DNA of 64,000 bases, taken from assembly GCA_963729715.1 (NCBI GenBank), contig CAVSPA010000005.1, positions 544,001 to 608,000 of the forward strand, given 5' to 3'. The notes below the pieces were generated by a model. It worked only from the letters and a program-made list of their open reading frames with translations, did not search any database and was not told the origin of the DNA. Both the position numbers and the translations under genes were made by a program. The stretch comes from an uncultured delta proteobacterium. Lineage in GTDB: Bacteria > Desulfobacterota > Syntrophia > Syntrophales > UBA2185. Within the stretch, counting starts at the first letter, position 1; each line of letters opens with the position of its first letter. Of the stretch, positions 30,673-40,999 are shown one piece after another.

Positions 30673-31128
30673 ATGTCGAAGATATTAATAATATATCAGT
30701 CGCAGACAGGAAACACGGAAAAGATGGCTCAGGCCGTCGCGGATGGAGCCCGAATCATTGAAAATACGGAAGTGGTTCTAAAGAGGGCGGGGGATGCTAC
30801 CCTCGATGACCTCTTGGGATCGGCCGGATTGGCGATCGGCACGCCGGAAAACTTCGGTTATATGTCAGGCATGGTCAAGGATTTTTTTGATCGGACTTAT
30901 TACCCAGCCGGAGACAAGGTCTTCCGGAAACCCTATGTGGTATTCATCAGCGCCGGCAATGACGGGACGGGCGCCTTAAGAGCCATCGAACTCATAGCCT
31001 TAGGCTACAAGTTTAAAATGGTCTACGACCCAGTGATCTCCAAGGGCAAGCTAACTGACGACGACCTGGCAAAGTGTCGTGAATTGGGCAGCACCCTTGC
31101 AGCGGGCTGCCAGGCCGGCATATATTAG
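30673..31128 (+). CDS. Flavodoxin/WrbA-like protein
   Basis: YQSQTGNTEKMA FMN loop, GTPENFG. Confidence 0.88.
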   Translation: MSKILIIYQSQTGNTEKMAQAVADGARIIENTEVVLKRAGDATLDDLLGSAGLAIGTPENFGYMSGMVKDFFDRTYYPAGDKVFRKPYVVFISAGNDGTGALRAIELIALGYKFKMVYDPVISKGKLTDDDLAKCRELGSTLAAGCQAGIY

Positions 31129-31143
31129 AGGGCATCCTCAAAT

Positions 31144-32169
31144 TTATCTTTGCGGTTCAATTATCACCTTGAGTGATTCCCCTCCATCAGCAACAAGCCG
31201 GAAACCGTCACCGGTCTTATCGAGAGGCAATCTTTGTGTGATCATCTTCCCCACGGGCACACGTCCCGACCTGATGAGCTCTATCGCCACGGTCGCATCG
31301 AGGGGGCTGTTGCCGTATGACGGCATCAACTTAATCTCGTTGCGCCAGAATTCATTGAGGGGGACGGATAGCTCCACATCCGGTTCCGTTGTGGCAAAGC
31401 ACAGGATCGTCCCGCCGCGGTCCACGGCCTTCAGGGCCTGGCGGAAGGCAACCGGCGCCCCCGCACAGACGATAACAAGATCGGCAAGCCTGCCCTTATT
31501 AATTCGCCGGACACTCTCAGGTGTATCTTCTGCGGCGTGAAGAACTGCGTCTGCCCCGAATGTCTTCGCTGTCTGCAGCCGGTATTCGCTGACGTCCGTC
31601 GCCATAATGCGTCCGGCCCCGAGGGTTCTCGCCAAAAGAAGATGGAGAAGGCCGGAGATGCCGCTTCCCAGAATCAGTACGGACTGGCCTGCCTGAAGAT
31701 TTGCCACACGCTGCCCGCGGACGACACAGGCCAGCGGTTCGATGAAGACTCCGTCTTCAAACGAGAGCTCCTCCGGCAGGAGAAACACGCCTCGATCCAC
31801 ATTGAGTTTGGGTACTCTGATATATTCGGCAAAACCGCCGGGGTCATAGTTCGTAGTATGCAATGTCTCACAGGCGGTGTGATAACCCATAAGGCAATAA
31901 TGGCAGGTATTGCATGGAATATGGTGGGAGACAAAGACCCTGTCGCCGATTTTGTAGCGCCCTACCCCTTCCCCTATTTCGACGACCTCTCCCGCGATCT
32001 CGTGGCCCAGGACCAGCGGCGCCTTGCGAATACGATACCATTCCATGACATCGCTGCCGCATATGCCGCTCGCTATGACCCTTACCAGAATCTCGCCGGG
32101 GCCGATTTTCGGCTTCGGCAACTCTTGCAGCCTCACGTCCCTGTTATTGTAGTACATTGCCACGCGCAT
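31144..32169 (-). CDS. Zinc-dependent (polyol/threonine-type) dehydrogenase
   Basis: GICGSD, GHE, CxxCxxC..C, EPLAC, GSGISG. Confidence 0.9.
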   Translation of the reverse strand: MRVAMYYNNRDVRLQELPKPKIGPGEILVRVIASGICGSDVMEWYRIRKAPLVLGHEIAGEVVEIGEGVGRYKIGDRVFVSHHIPCNTCHYCLMGYHTACETLHTTNYDPGGFAEYIRVPKLNVDRGVFLLPEELSFEDGVFIEPLACVVRGQRVANLQAGQSVLILGSGISGLLHLLLARTLGAGRIMATDVSEYRLQTAKTFGADAVLHAAEDTPESVRRINKGRLADLVIVCAGAPVAFRQALKAVDRGGTILCFATTEPDVELSVPLNEFWRNEIKLMPSYGNSPLDATVAIELIRSGRVPVGKMITQRLPLDKTGDGFRLVADGGESLKVIIEPQR

Positions 32170-32206
32170 AGATTTGCAACCCGATCAGGTTATTGCCGTT
32201 CGTTAC

Positions 32207-32992
32207 TTATTCTTTTAAACTGTTGAAAAGATCCCATGCTTCCTTGGCCGTGTATTTCTCATGAATGATGGACCGCAATGCCCTTATCATGGCTACCGGG
32301 CAGGGATTCTGCCACACGTTTCTTCCGAGGTTGATGCCGATGGCGCCGTTCTGCATGCCGTCATATACAAACTCCATGACTTCGAGTTCCGTTTCACATT
32401 TCGGACCGCCCGCCATAACTACCGGGACGGGGCAGCCGCATACGACCCTGTCGAAGTCTTTGCACCAGTAGGTTTTCACCACCCGCGCCCCGAGCTCCGC
32501 GGCGATGCGGGAGCTGAGTCCCAGATACCTGGCGTCGCGCTTTTCCAATTCCTTGCCTACGGCCGTGACGGCCATTACAGGGATACCGAAATTCTCGCAT
32601 TCGTTGACAAGCCCTGAGAGGTTAGTCAGAGACTCGCGTTCGTAGTCACTCCCTACGAAGATGGAAATTCCCACAGCAGCCGCATTTAGGCGGATAATCT
32701 CCTCTATGGATGTGGTAATGCTTTCATTTGCGAGGTCCTTGCCAACGACGCTGGTGCCTCCGGATACCCTGAGGATAACGGGTTTGCTCCCTACGGGATC
32801 TACTGCCGCCCGCAATACACCCCTCGTTACAAAGATGGCGTCGCAATAGGGAAGGAGCGGTGCTATGGTTTCTCCGGGCTTTTCCAGGCATGACGTCGGA
32901 CCCTGAAAATAACCGTGGTCTATGGGAAGAAAAAAACAATGGCCATCAGCCTGGATGAGCTGTGACATACGGTTCTGCATTCCCCAATCCAT
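32207..32992 (-). CDS. lsrF: LsrF-like class I aldolase/thiolase
   Basis: MDWGMQNR, DHGYFQGP, AAELGARVVKTY, PVVMAGGPK, GRNVWQ. Confidence 0.85.
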   Translation of the reverse strand: MDWGMQNRMSQLIQADGHCFFLPIDHGYFQGPTSCLEKPGETIAPLLPYCDAIFVTRGVLRAAVDPVGSKPVILRVSGGTSVVGKDLANESITTSIEEIIRLNAAAVGISIFVGSDYERESLTNLSGLVNECENFGIPVMAVTAVGKELEKRDARYLGLSSRIAAELGARVVKTYWCKDFDRVVCGCPVPVVMAGGPKCETELEVMEFVYDGMQNGAIGINLGRNVWQNPCPVAMIRALRSIIHEKYTAKEAWDLFNSLKE

Positions 32993-33280
32993 TTTCAATT
33001 CCTCCAAAAAGTGAAGTTGTATTCTCTTCTAATAAGACATTGTTCTTGACAAATATATTTTAATTATTGATTATTTTCAATATAAAGCTGCTTAAATGAA
33101 GCCCCGTCTGCTATTGGTTGATTTGCCAATAGCAAGCGCTAACAATCCTCCGACCTCGGCAGTAACGATGCCTGCACCAGCTAAAGTTCATGCCGGGAGA
33201 GAGCCGCCTTTCGCCGGGCCGACTCGCGGCAATATTAGAAAGAGAAGACGGTAAATCGTGTTTTATCTGTCGAGATATCA

Positions 33281-34435
33281 ATGAGCCTTTTCCTACTTAC
33301 CTTTTTCCTCATCTACGGCGGCGTACATCTTTATCTTTTTGCGAAGATCAAAGGGGCATTTCATTTAGGCGCCGCAGGTAATGTAATCCTCGTCATTATC
33401 CTTATTTTCATGATCCTCGCCCCCATCCTCGTGCGGATGTCCGAGCGGTATGGCTACGAGACCCTCGCTTCCATCATGGCGCACACGGGATATATATGGA
33501 TGGGCGTGTTGTTCCTGTTCTTCATCTCTTCCCTTCTTCTCGACATATACCATCTCCTCGTCCGTGCAGGCGCCCTCGTTTCGCACAGGGATTTATCGCA
33601 TCTCGTCCTTTCACCGGTATATGCATTTCTCTTGCCCCTTATAGTTTCATTGGCCGTCAATGTGTACGGCTATTTTGAGGCGAAGGATATCCGGACGGAA
33701 ATGCTGACCATAGCGTCTCCCAAAATCCCTGAAGCGGCAGGAAGGATACGGATCGTACAGATATCCGACGTCCATATAGGGATCATCGTGAAGGGGGAAC
33801 GCCTGAAGTACATCGTCGAAGAGGTGAAGAAAGCACAGCCGGACATCCTCGTATCGACAGGGGACCTCGTGGATGGACAGATAGACACTCTCACGGAGAA
33901 CGCGGCACTTCTGCGCGACATACAGCCCCGGTACGGCAAATTCGCCATCACGGGCAATCATGAATTCTACGCGGGTCTCGACGAGGCCCTCGATTTCACG
34001 CGGGCCGCAGGATTTGCGGTTCTCCGGGAAGAAGGCGTTGACGCAGCCGGAGTTATTAATATCGCCGGTGTCGATGATCCCACGGTAGACTCTCTCGGCC
34101 TTCCCCAAGAGATTTCGGAGGTGAAATTGCTGTCAGGACTTTCCCGCGAGCGCTTCACGGTGCTTCTCAAACACAGGCCGGTAATAGAAAAAGACAGTAT
34201 CGGGAGATTTGATCTCCAGCTTTCCGGGCACACCCACAACGGCCAGATCTTCCCGTTCAACTTTGTTGTGAGGCGCTTTTATCCACTCATTACGGGATAC
34301 TTCAACCTGCCGAATGATGCGCATCTGTACGTAAACAGGGGAACGGGCACATGGGGGCCGCCGATCCGGTTTCTATCACCCCCGGAAATCACTGTGATCG
34401 ACCTGATACACGGAAGAACCGACAAAACGAAATGA
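33281..34435 (+). CDS. Membrane-anchored metallophosphoesterase
   Basis: N-terminal TM helices; SDVH, GDLVD, GNHE, SGHTH motifs. Confidence 0.9.
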   Translation: MSLFLLTFFLIYGGVHLYLFAKIKGAFHLGAAGNVILVIILIFMILAPILVRMSERYGYETLASIMAHTGYIWMGVLFLFFISSLLLDIYHLLVRAGALVSHRDLSHLVLSPVYAFLLPLIVSLAVNVYGYFEAKDIRTEMLTIASPKIPEAAGRIRIVQISDVHIGIIVKGERLKYIVEEVKKAQPDILVSTGDLVDGQIDTLTENAALLRDIQPRYGKFAITGNHEFYAGLDEALDFTRAAGFAVLREEGVDAAGVINIAGVDDPTVDSLGLPQEISEVKLLSGLSRERFTVLLKHRPVIEKDSIGRFDLQLSGHTHNGQIFPFNFVVRRFYPLITGYFNLPNDAHLYVNRGTGTWGPPIRFLSPPEITVIDLIHGRTDKTK

Positions 34436-34644
34436 TCAATAAAAAGAAAATATTGTTGAACACTTTATGGTTCCTGATAGGCATGGCCGTTGCCGTCTTC
34501 CCTGTGCTGCTGTTCGAGAAGTGCTCGGAAGTAAGGAAACCGGAGACCAGGGAGACCCCTGGCCGGAAACAAGGTGCCGTCGATCATCCCGGCAACAAGC
34601 AAACCATATGCGGGAATCCGATGATCGCCCGTCATGCAGTGTAA
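34432..34644 (+). CDS. Small hypothetical membrane-anchored protein
   Basis: ATGA overlap with the upstream stop; one hydrophobic segment. Confidence 0.35.
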   Translation: MINKKKILLNTLWFLIGMAVAVFPVLLFEKCSEVRKPETRETPGRKQGAVDHPGNKQTICGNPMIARHAV

Positions 34645-34683
34645 GATCAGTTTTAATTCCCGAAAGAAAGGGGGAAACAGACA

Positions 34684-35259
34684 ATGAAAAAGTTTTTCAT
34701 CTTTCTATCCATATTGATCATTTCCTTCAGCATGTCAAAAGGAGCATCGGCAGATCTCATCGATATGGGCGACGGCACGGTTTATGACACGGATACCGAC
34801 ATCACCTGGTATAAGCATCCGAACAATTATCCCATGACCTGGGATGAGGCGATGAAATGGGCCGCGATCCTCAATGTCGCAGGCTTTCGCGATTGGCGGC
34901 TCCCCGTAACTCCGGGGACGGAATACGACTACACAAATGAAGGCGAGATGGGACGGCTTTATTACGATACGTTGGATAATGATGAGGACGGCCCATTGAC
35001 AAATAAGGGGCCGCTTTCAGAACTCCAGCCCTACGATTACTGGTCCGGCACGGAGTTTCAGGACAATACCGCCGACTACGCGTGGGCCTTCGATTTCAGA
35101 ACCGGCAGACAGCGCTCGATGGCAAAGGACAGCACTGCCTACGCAATAGCCGTGCACTCCGGCGGCGGCAGTCCGCCGAGGGTCCCCCCTCGTGAAAAGA
35201 ACTATAAACCTTCGCCGGAGCATTCGCCGGAAGAAGGCGGCGGCAAGTCTTCATACTGA
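34684..35259 (+). CDS. Secreted DUF1566 (Lcl-like) domain protein
   Basis: Signal peptide, DGTVYD.DT..TW, W..A..WA, DWRLP, YWSGTE, AW.F.F. Confidence 0.8.
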   Translation: MKKFFIFLSILIISFSMSKGASADLIDMGDGTVYDTDTDITWYKHPNNYPMTWDEAMKWAAILNVAGFRDWRLPVTPGTEYDYTNEGEMGRLYYDTLDNDEDGPLTNKGPLSELQPYDYWSGTEFQDNTADYAWAFDFRTGRQRSMAKDSTAYAIAVHSGGGSPPRVPPREKNYKPSPEHSPEEGGGKSSY

Positions 35260-35316
35260 CTGTTCTAACATGATATGCGGAATCGATACCGCGAAAAAGA
35301 ATCCGCGTATCCCCTG

Positions 35317-35784
35317 CTACTTGCCACTCTCCGGGAGCTGCACCATTACTACTTCGCCTTTCGCGCGAATCTCGCCCTCTGCAGATAGAGTGACGCTCAC
35401 AGTGACCTTCCTGCCCTCGATCTCCTTAACCCTGCCCCTGATTTCCAGGACCGGTCCCATCGGCGTTGGTTTTAGAAAATCAACTTTTATAGATGCTGAA
35501 ACAAAGCGGGAAATCGGCCGGTTATCGAGAGAAAATCCTTCCGCACGCAATTTGGCCGCCGATGCAGTAGCGGCGCCGTGACAATCCATCAATGAAGCGA
35601 TAAACCCGCCATAGACGTATCCGGGAAACCCGCCCGTGTAGAAAGTCTTGGGCGTATAATGACAGACGCTTTCTTCACCGTCCCAGTAACTCTTGATTTG
35701 CAGACCGTCTTTATTGAGCCTGCCGCAGCCGAAGCAATGAGCAAACTCATCAGGATAATAATCTTGAAATGCCCCATGCGTCAT
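35317..35784 (-). CDS. PaaI/hotdog-fold thioesterase
   Basis: HCFGCG..N..GL, YGG.IASL.DCH, VDFLKPTP. Confidence 0.85.
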   Translation of the reverse strand: MTHGAFQDYYPDEFAHCFGCGRLNKDGLQIKSYWDGEESVCHYTPKTFYTGGFPGYVYGGFIASLMDCHGAATASAAKLRAEGFSLDNRPISRFVSASIKVDFLKPTPMGPVLEIRGRVKEIEGRKVTVSVTLSAEGEIRAKGEVVMVQLPESGK

Positions 35785-35793
35785 AATCTACTC

Positions 35794-36147
35794 CTATGGA
35801 TGGACTTCTTCTTCCTTTACGATCTCTTTTTTAATGATAGACAGAAGTTCCTGAAGAACGGGCATCACATCTGTTCTGAATCTTCCCGCAACGAGAACAT
35901 ACATAATGTCATCTCCTACGTTCAATATACCTTGATTGATCCACACCCTGATGTCTTCAATTCCATCCCGTCTCTTGAATTCGTTTACGCAAGAATCCAG
36001 CTTCTGTTTATCGAAGGACAACATCATGCCTCTTACGGGCTTCCCTCCCTTTGACGACGCCCTCACTATGCCATTATGGACAAGTATCATGCCCAATTGT
36101 TCAGGATCGATTCTTGCTTTTATTTCTCTGATCCAGTCATCTACCAT
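35794..36147 (-). CDS. moaE: MoaE-like molybdopterin synthase large-subunit protein
   Basis: GMILVHNGIVR, G.LNVGDDIMYVLVAGRFR. Confidence 0.78.
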   Translation of the reverse strand: MVDDWIREIKARIDPEQLGMILVHNGIVRASSKGGKPVRGMMLSFDKQKLDSCVNEFKRRDGIEDIRVWINQGILNVGDDIMYVLVAGRFRTDVMPVLQELLSIIKKEIVKEEEVHP

Positions 36148-36231
36148 CTTATCGCCTTCCTCCGGTTGTAAGGAAAACGGTGAACTCCCGTACGGTTCCA
36201 TCGGATAAGTTCTTCACAGCTCTCGCCGACG

Positions 36232-36651
36232 TCATTCCCTCACACAGTCGATCTCAGCAGAGTAGGGCTTGATGTCGAGCACCGGCGTTCCGTCAAAGGC
36301 ATCAAGGCCTCTCACGATGAGCCTGGCGCCGTCACCGCCGAGAAGATCTACTACTGCAAGTCCAACCGGATTCGGGCGGTCGGGCGAGCGCGTGGCAAAT
36401 ACTCCATGTTCTTTTTTTGAATGGGGCGGTGTGGCGCTGAGCGTGCCGCGGTCCGCCTTGTCAAGCCAGTACAGTATGATCAAATGCGGCCGCTCTGCGA
36501 TATCCTTCAGTCCCTCGGCAAATTCCGGAAAGATTTCAATCTCGCTTATTGTGGGAGAAAGCCTGCCCTGGTGCGGCGCATCGCCCTTCACCCGGTAAGG
36601 CGAGTGTATCACGCCAATGGGAACTAGTTCCAACACTCTTGTGGTATTCAT
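36232..36651 (-). CDS. tsaA: tRNA m6t6A37 methyltransferase TrmO/TsaA family
   Basis: PIGVIHSPY, GVFATRSPDRPNP, LDAFDGTPVLDIKPY. Confidence 0.9.
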   Translation of the reverse strand: MNTTRVLELVPIGVIHSPYRVKGDAPHQGRLSPTISEIEIFPEFAEGLKDIAERPHLIILYWLDKADRGTLSATPPHSKKEHGVFATRSPDRPNPVGLAVVDLLGGDGARLIVRGLDAFDGTPVLDIKPYSAEIDCVRE

Positions 36652-36690
36652 CTTGAAATCCTTCGCACCGTTCTTGTTGCAATATTTTCT

Positions 36691-37254
36691 TCACATGCCC
36701 CGCTTTTGCAGAGCACGGCAAAACATGACTATGGCTGTGCAGATGATGAAAATCAATATCCAGTGATAGGGGTAACCCCATCCAAGAGCATCGGGAATCG
36801 TGATCTTGCCCCAGTCGCCCCATTGCAGAAGATTATTCCTTAGGTAACTGTATGCTTCGGCGTAAATAGCTGCACCGACAAGCATCCCGGGTATGGCGCC
36901 CAGAAGGGCATCATACCGGCCTTCGGCGATGGACCCTATGCCGGTTGTGGGACAGTATCCTGCCAGCGCAAAACCGACGCCGAATATCAGGCCGCCGATG
37001 ATATTGGCCCCTACTATCGCCGATTTGGGACTCAATTTCACTATCCCTATATCTTTGAAAAAGTAAATGCCGACCATACCCACGACAATTGCCGAGAGCA
37101 TGACCTTCAACATAGTAAAATCGCGCAGGCGAAGCAGTCCGACAATCGTCTCGTAACGCGTCATCCTGCTCTTGTGGATAGTAAAGCCGAAAACAACACC
37201 AAGCGATAACCCCATCAAGAGCTTCCCGGTTGCCGATGCAATAAAGGGCGCCAT
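36691..37254 (-). CDS. YeeE/YedE-family sulfur-compound transporter subunit
   Basis: GGLIFGVGFALAGYCPTTG; G-rich TM helices; AGGAGG RBS inside the upstream gene end. Confidence 0.88.
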   Translation of the reverse strand: MAPFIASATGKLLMGLSLGVVFGFTIHKSRMTRYETIVGLLRLRDFTMLKVMLSAIVVGMVGIYFFKDIGIVKLSPKSAIVGANIIGGLIFGVGFALAGYCPTTGIGSIAEGRYDALLGAIPGMLVGAAIYAEAYSYLRNNLLQWGDWGKITIPDALGWGYPYHWILIFIICTAIVMFCRALQKRGM

Positions 37255-37259
37255 TGGTC

Positions 37260-37772
37260 TTATGTCCTCCTATAAAGGATGAGGGCGGTTATAATGCCGG
37301 AGAGAAACATAAAGGGAACGGTGATCCAACTGCTGACTGCGAGCTGCAGGGTCCCACTGACCCCATGACCCAGCGGTCAGCCGTCCGCCATGCGGGCGCC
37401 AAACATGAGAATCACTCCGCCCACGAAGGCAACTGCCCAGCGCTTCCATGGCCTGCCGCCAAATCTCTCTTTCCACATCACGGGCACAAACCTTCTGTAC
37501 AATGTACCGGAGAGCCATGCCGATATGAAAGCTCCGATGAGGACGCCTGCGACGAACATCCATTGCCAGTCGATCATCGGGACTTCCTTCAGATAATATA
37601 GAAGGCTCTTGACATGCTCGGATGCGAAAAGTTTTTCTATCATTCCGGATGTCCTCACATAGGACGTCGAGGCCCCGAGCGGAGCCACCATCAGAAAGGC
37701 GATCCAGCTCAGGACGCCAATTATGGCCCCGCCAATATATGGTGACCAGCTCTCTCGTTTCAACCAGTCCAT
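37260..37772 (-). CDS. YeeE/YedE-family transporter subunit with in-frame UGA (probable selenoprotein, 170 aa)
   Basis: WSPY..GA, ...FGARMADG-TGA(37379-37377)-PLGHGVSGTLQLAVSSWITVPFMFLSGIITALILYRRT*. The UGA occupies the Cys position of the GARxAxGCxxGHG motif. Confidence 0.82.
37349..37371 (-). promoter_or_regulatory. Putative bacterial SECIS hairpin
   Basis: mRNA GGGUC-AUG[GGGU]CAGUGG-GACCC just 3' of the UGA, with a G-containing apical loop; folded by eye. Confidence 0.5.
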
Positions 37773-37785
37773 AAGGTTTGCCTCC

Positions 37786-38412
37786 TTATTGTTTCCGTCC
37801 GATTATCAGGAAGACCGTGAATTCCCGCGACCGTCCATCTGCCGTCTCTCTTACAACGCTTGCCGCCGTCACATCCCACACGTCCTGAAACCCGCCCGCA
37901 ATGAGAAGCCGACGCATCTCCGCTCTGTCAAAACCAAAATGGACTACACCTGTCTTGTCTCTGTGAAATTCACCTTCGTCGGAATCCAGGTCGGCAATAC
38001 ATAATTGTCCTCCCGGCAAGAGGCAATTATAGAATTCATGGAAGATGTAGCCGAGATCCTCGACATGATGTAGGGTCATGCTGCAGACAACGAGGTGATA
38101 TTTATTTTTCAGCTCTATGCTCTTTTCCGGATCGATGAATTCGGTTTTGACATTGGCGAGCTTCCGCTCCGCGATCTTGGATTTAAGGACATCGAGCATG
38201 CCGTGAGACGAGTCGGCGCCTGTAATGGTTCTTACAAAAGGTTGAAGCTGCAGCGTAACCAGGCCCGTTCCGCACCCGAAATCAAGGACGTCCATGTCGC
38301 CGTTAGGCTTGATCCCGCTCATTATAGCTTTTGCCACGTCCTGCGCGAGCTTTACCCGCCCGGGCTTCAGATCATAGGATGCAGCGTCCTTGTCGAAATC
38401 CCTCTTTTCCAT
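37786..38412 (-). CDS. Class I SAM-dependent methyltransferase
   Basis: VLDFGCGTG, MTLHH, L.PGG.L.IADL. Confidence 0.9.
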   Translation of the reverse strand: MEKRDFDKDAASYDLKPGRVKLAQDVAKAIMSGIKPNGDMDVLDFGCGTGLVTLQLQPFVRTITGADSSHGMLDVLKSKIAERKLANVKTEFIDPEKSIELKNKYHLVVCSMTLHHVEDLGYIFHEFYNCLLPGGQLCIADLDSDEGEFHRDKTGVVHFGFDRAEMRRLLIAGGFQDVWDVTAASVVRETADGRSREFTVFLIIGRKQ

Positions 38413-38468
38413 ATCCTTTGATAAATAATATTGATTACTTTTTCAAGGATGGATTTTCTGTCGCGCGA

Positions 38469-40160
38469 CTATTTTAACACTTTTACCTCAAACGGCCATC
38501 CCACGATGCCGCCTTCGATGAACTGCACCCTGTCAAATCCGGCGGCATTCAGAATCCGCTGCGCCTCATAGCCGCGCAGACTGATCTTGCAGAAAGCCAT
38601 GATGTCTTTATCTTTGGGCAGTTCCGCGGCCTTGCCTCTCAGCGCTCCCAGCGGGATGTGGAGAACGTCGTAAGGCAACTGATTGATTTCGAATTCGGCG
38701 GGAGTGCGCACATCGAGCAGAAGGACATCTCCCTTATCGATCCTCTTCTTGGCTTCGAATGCAGAAATGCCCTTGGCAAAACCGTCAAGCTTGTTGGTCA
38801 ACATGTGCGCGCATGCGGCCAGAGGATCAAGCGCCGTGCTGTACGGCGGCGCATAACCGAAGTCCACATCGGCAAGCTGATCCAGTGTGCCTCCCATCAA
38901 TATCATGCCAGCGGCCACGTCCAGACGCTTTGCGCCGTTGCCGGGGCCTGCCACCTGGACACCGATGAGCTTTCTATCCCTTCTCGATGCGATCATCTTT
39001 ATCACCAGAGGTTTATGCTCCCGCATATAGTGAGGCAAATCCGGGCCCGCAAGTGTGAATGTCTCTATGTCCATATTTAATTCCCGGGCCTGTTTTTCCG
39101 TGAGACCGGTTCTTCCAATGGTAAAATCAAAAGCCCGCACGATGGATGTGCACGTGATGCCCTTGAAGGGCGTGGGAACGCCCGCAATATGGTTGGCGAT
39201 GACCCTGCCGTGCTTGTTTGCCGTCGATCCGAGGGGCACGTAAAGAAAAGCGCCAACGCTGCCGTTAACGTAGCTGTTTACCGCGCAATCGCCACCCGCG
39301 TAGATATCTTTATTGCTCGTCTGGCAATACTCGTTGATGACGACTCCACCCTGCTTCGTACACAGAATCCCGGCCTCCCTCGCCAGTTTATCATTGGGCC
39401 GTGTCCCGACGGCAACGATCACGACGTCCGCCGGGATGCTCTGCTTGTCGGTCTTGACGGCAGTTGCCTTCTCCTTGCCTTCAATGCCGTTCACGCATTC
39501 ACCCAAAACAAGCTTTACGCCTTTCTGACGCAGGTGTTTGGCGGCAAACGTGGCGACGTCCTTATCGAGAACGCCCGGCATGATCTGATCTATCATTTCG
39601 ACAACCGTCACATCGAGTCCCTGTTGAACCAGCGCCTCCGCCATCTCGACGCCGATAAATCCGGCCCCCACGAGGACCGCCTTCTTCAGGCCCTGCTCTG
39701 CAATCTCCTTCTTCAGGCTGACGACGTGATCCGGGTGCGAAATAAACCACACATTCTTAAGATCGAGGCCGGGAACGTTCGGACGGCACGGAGACCCGCC
39801 TGTCGCCAAGACCAGTTTGTCGTAGGCCATGTCTTCTTCAGCGCCTGTTTCCAGGTTTTTTACGCGCACGGACTTTTTCGCCGGATCGATTTTCAGCACC
39901 TCCATTTGTATCAGCACCCGCACGCCTTTCGCCTTCTCGAAAAAGGCGGGGGTTCTCAGAACGCCGACCGGCGTCTTGTTCAGTTCACTGACGTCCGAGA
40001 ATAAACCCTCCACATAATAAGGGAGGCCGCAGGCACCGTAAGAAATGATTTTGCCCTTTTCAATTATGGTAATTTCCGCGTCAGGACGGAGACGCTTCAG
40101 CCTTGATGCAGCCTTTGGCCCGCAGGCCACCCCACCGATAACAAGTATTTTAAACGACAT
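38469..40160 (-). CDS. CoA-disulfide/persulfide reductase with C-terminal rhodanese domain (CoADR-RHD/Npsr type)
   Basis: GGVACG, SYGACGLPY redox Cys, GAGFIG.E, GYAPPYS, rhodanese LLDVRT..EF and FCKISLRG. Confidence 0.9.
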   Translation of the reverse strand: MSFKILVIGGVACGPKAASRLKRLRPDAEITIIEKGKIISYGACGLPYYVEGLFSDVSELNKTPVGVLRTPAFFEKAKGVRVLIQMEVLKIDPAKKSVRVKNLETGAEEDMAYDKLVLATGGSPCRPNVPGLDLKNVWFISHPDHVVSLKKEIAEQGLKKAVLVGAGFIGVEMAEALVQQGLDVTVVEMIDQIMPGVLDKDVATFAAKHLRQKGVKLVLGECVNGIEGKEKATAVKTDKQSIPADVVIVAVGTRPNDKLAREAGILCTKQGGVVINEYCQTSNKDIYAGGDCAVNSYVNGSVGAFLYVPLGSTANKHGRVIANHIAGVPTPFKGITCTSIVRAFDFTIGRTGLTEKQARELNMDIETFTLAGPDLPHYMREHKPLVIKMIASRRDRKLIGVQVAGPGNGAKRLDVAAGMILMGGTLDQLADVDFGYAPPYSTALDPLAACAHMLTNKLDGFAKGISAFEAKKRIDKGDVLLLDVRTPAEFEINQLPYDVLHIPLGALRGKAAELPKDKDIMAFCKISLRGYEAQRILNAAGFDRVQFIEGGIVGWPFEVKVLK

Positions 40161-40260
40161 AATTTTTCTCCTTTATTTTGCAGTTTTCTCAAGCAGCCGC
40201 ATCAACGATAAGCACAATAACTCCTTACGGCCTCGCGGCATGGCTTTGGTTCTTTCGGTA

Positions 40261-40698
40261 TCATGGCTGCCCTCTTCTTCTTCCAACAGCGAAGTCCCTC
40301 AATGCTCTATGCAGTGTCGTGGCGGCGAGAAGGGCACAATGCCTGGCTTCTTCCGGCATCCCTCCCAGATGCTCCAGGATGGCATTCTGGTTGATCCTGA
40401 TGCAGTCCTTCGGGGCTTTCCCCTTAGCCATCACTGTGGCAGCCGAGACAGCGGCATGGGATGCCATGCAACCATCTGTGGTATATCGGACGTCTTCAAT
40501 TCTGCCGCTTTTCACCCGTAGAAATATTTCTACCGTATCCCCGCATGGTCCGGTTATCTTTGCATAGCCGTCCGGCTTTTTTATTGTACCGCAATTTCTC
40601 GGGTTAGTCCCGTAATCAATGACTCTTCCGGAAAAAAGATTCTTGGTTTTTTCCAAGAGCAAATCCATCATTTCTTTTTTGATCTCGTCTTCTTCCAC
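40261..40698 (-). CDS. IscU/NifU-N-like scaffold protein
   Basis: NPRN.G, GPCGD, DGC, HCA (three Cys). Confidence 0.85.
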   Translation of the reverse strand: MEEDEIKKEMMDLLLEKTKNLFSGRVIDYGTNPRNCGTIKKPDGYAKITGPCGDTVEIFLRVKSGRIEDVRYTTDGCMASHAAVSAATVMAKGKAPKDCIRINQNAILEHLGGMPEEARHCALLAATTLHRALRDFAVGRRRGQP

Positions 40699-40734
40699 TT
40701 CCTTAATCCTGCCTGCGATTCCTCTGCGGGGCGC

Positions 40735-40983
40735 TTATTTGTGACATGCCGCCCCCTGCGCACACGGCGCCGTGTCGCACCGCTCCTCTCTGCCGCAGCA
40801 GGTCCTGCCTCCTCGAGAACCCATTATCTGACCTATTCTCGATGTGACCCCCTTCGACAGGATTCTCTTTAAGTCTTCATTTCCGCAGACACGGCACCTC
40901 CTCGCGGTTTGCTCCTCCGTCATACCTTCAAGCAACTCGGAGATTCCGCCGCATGCGGTGCATTCATACTCATAAATCGGCAT
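40735..40983 (-). CDS. FmdB-family zinc-ribbon protein with Cys-rich tail
   Basis: MPIYEYECTACG...CRVCG; C-terminal TCCG..RC...C....C. Confidence 0.85.
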   Translation of the reverse strand: MPIYEYECTACGGISELLEGMTEEQTARRCRVCGNEDLKRILSKGVTSRIGQIMGSRGGRTCCGREERCDTAPCAQGAACHK

Positions 40984-40999
40984 AGTGCAAAAGACCTCT

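Noticed and set aside
33095..33235. Hairpins (TGCTATTGG/CCAATAGCA and GC-rich stems) as a riboswitch or sRNA
   Set aside because: No recognisable aptamer consensus; needs an Rfam search.
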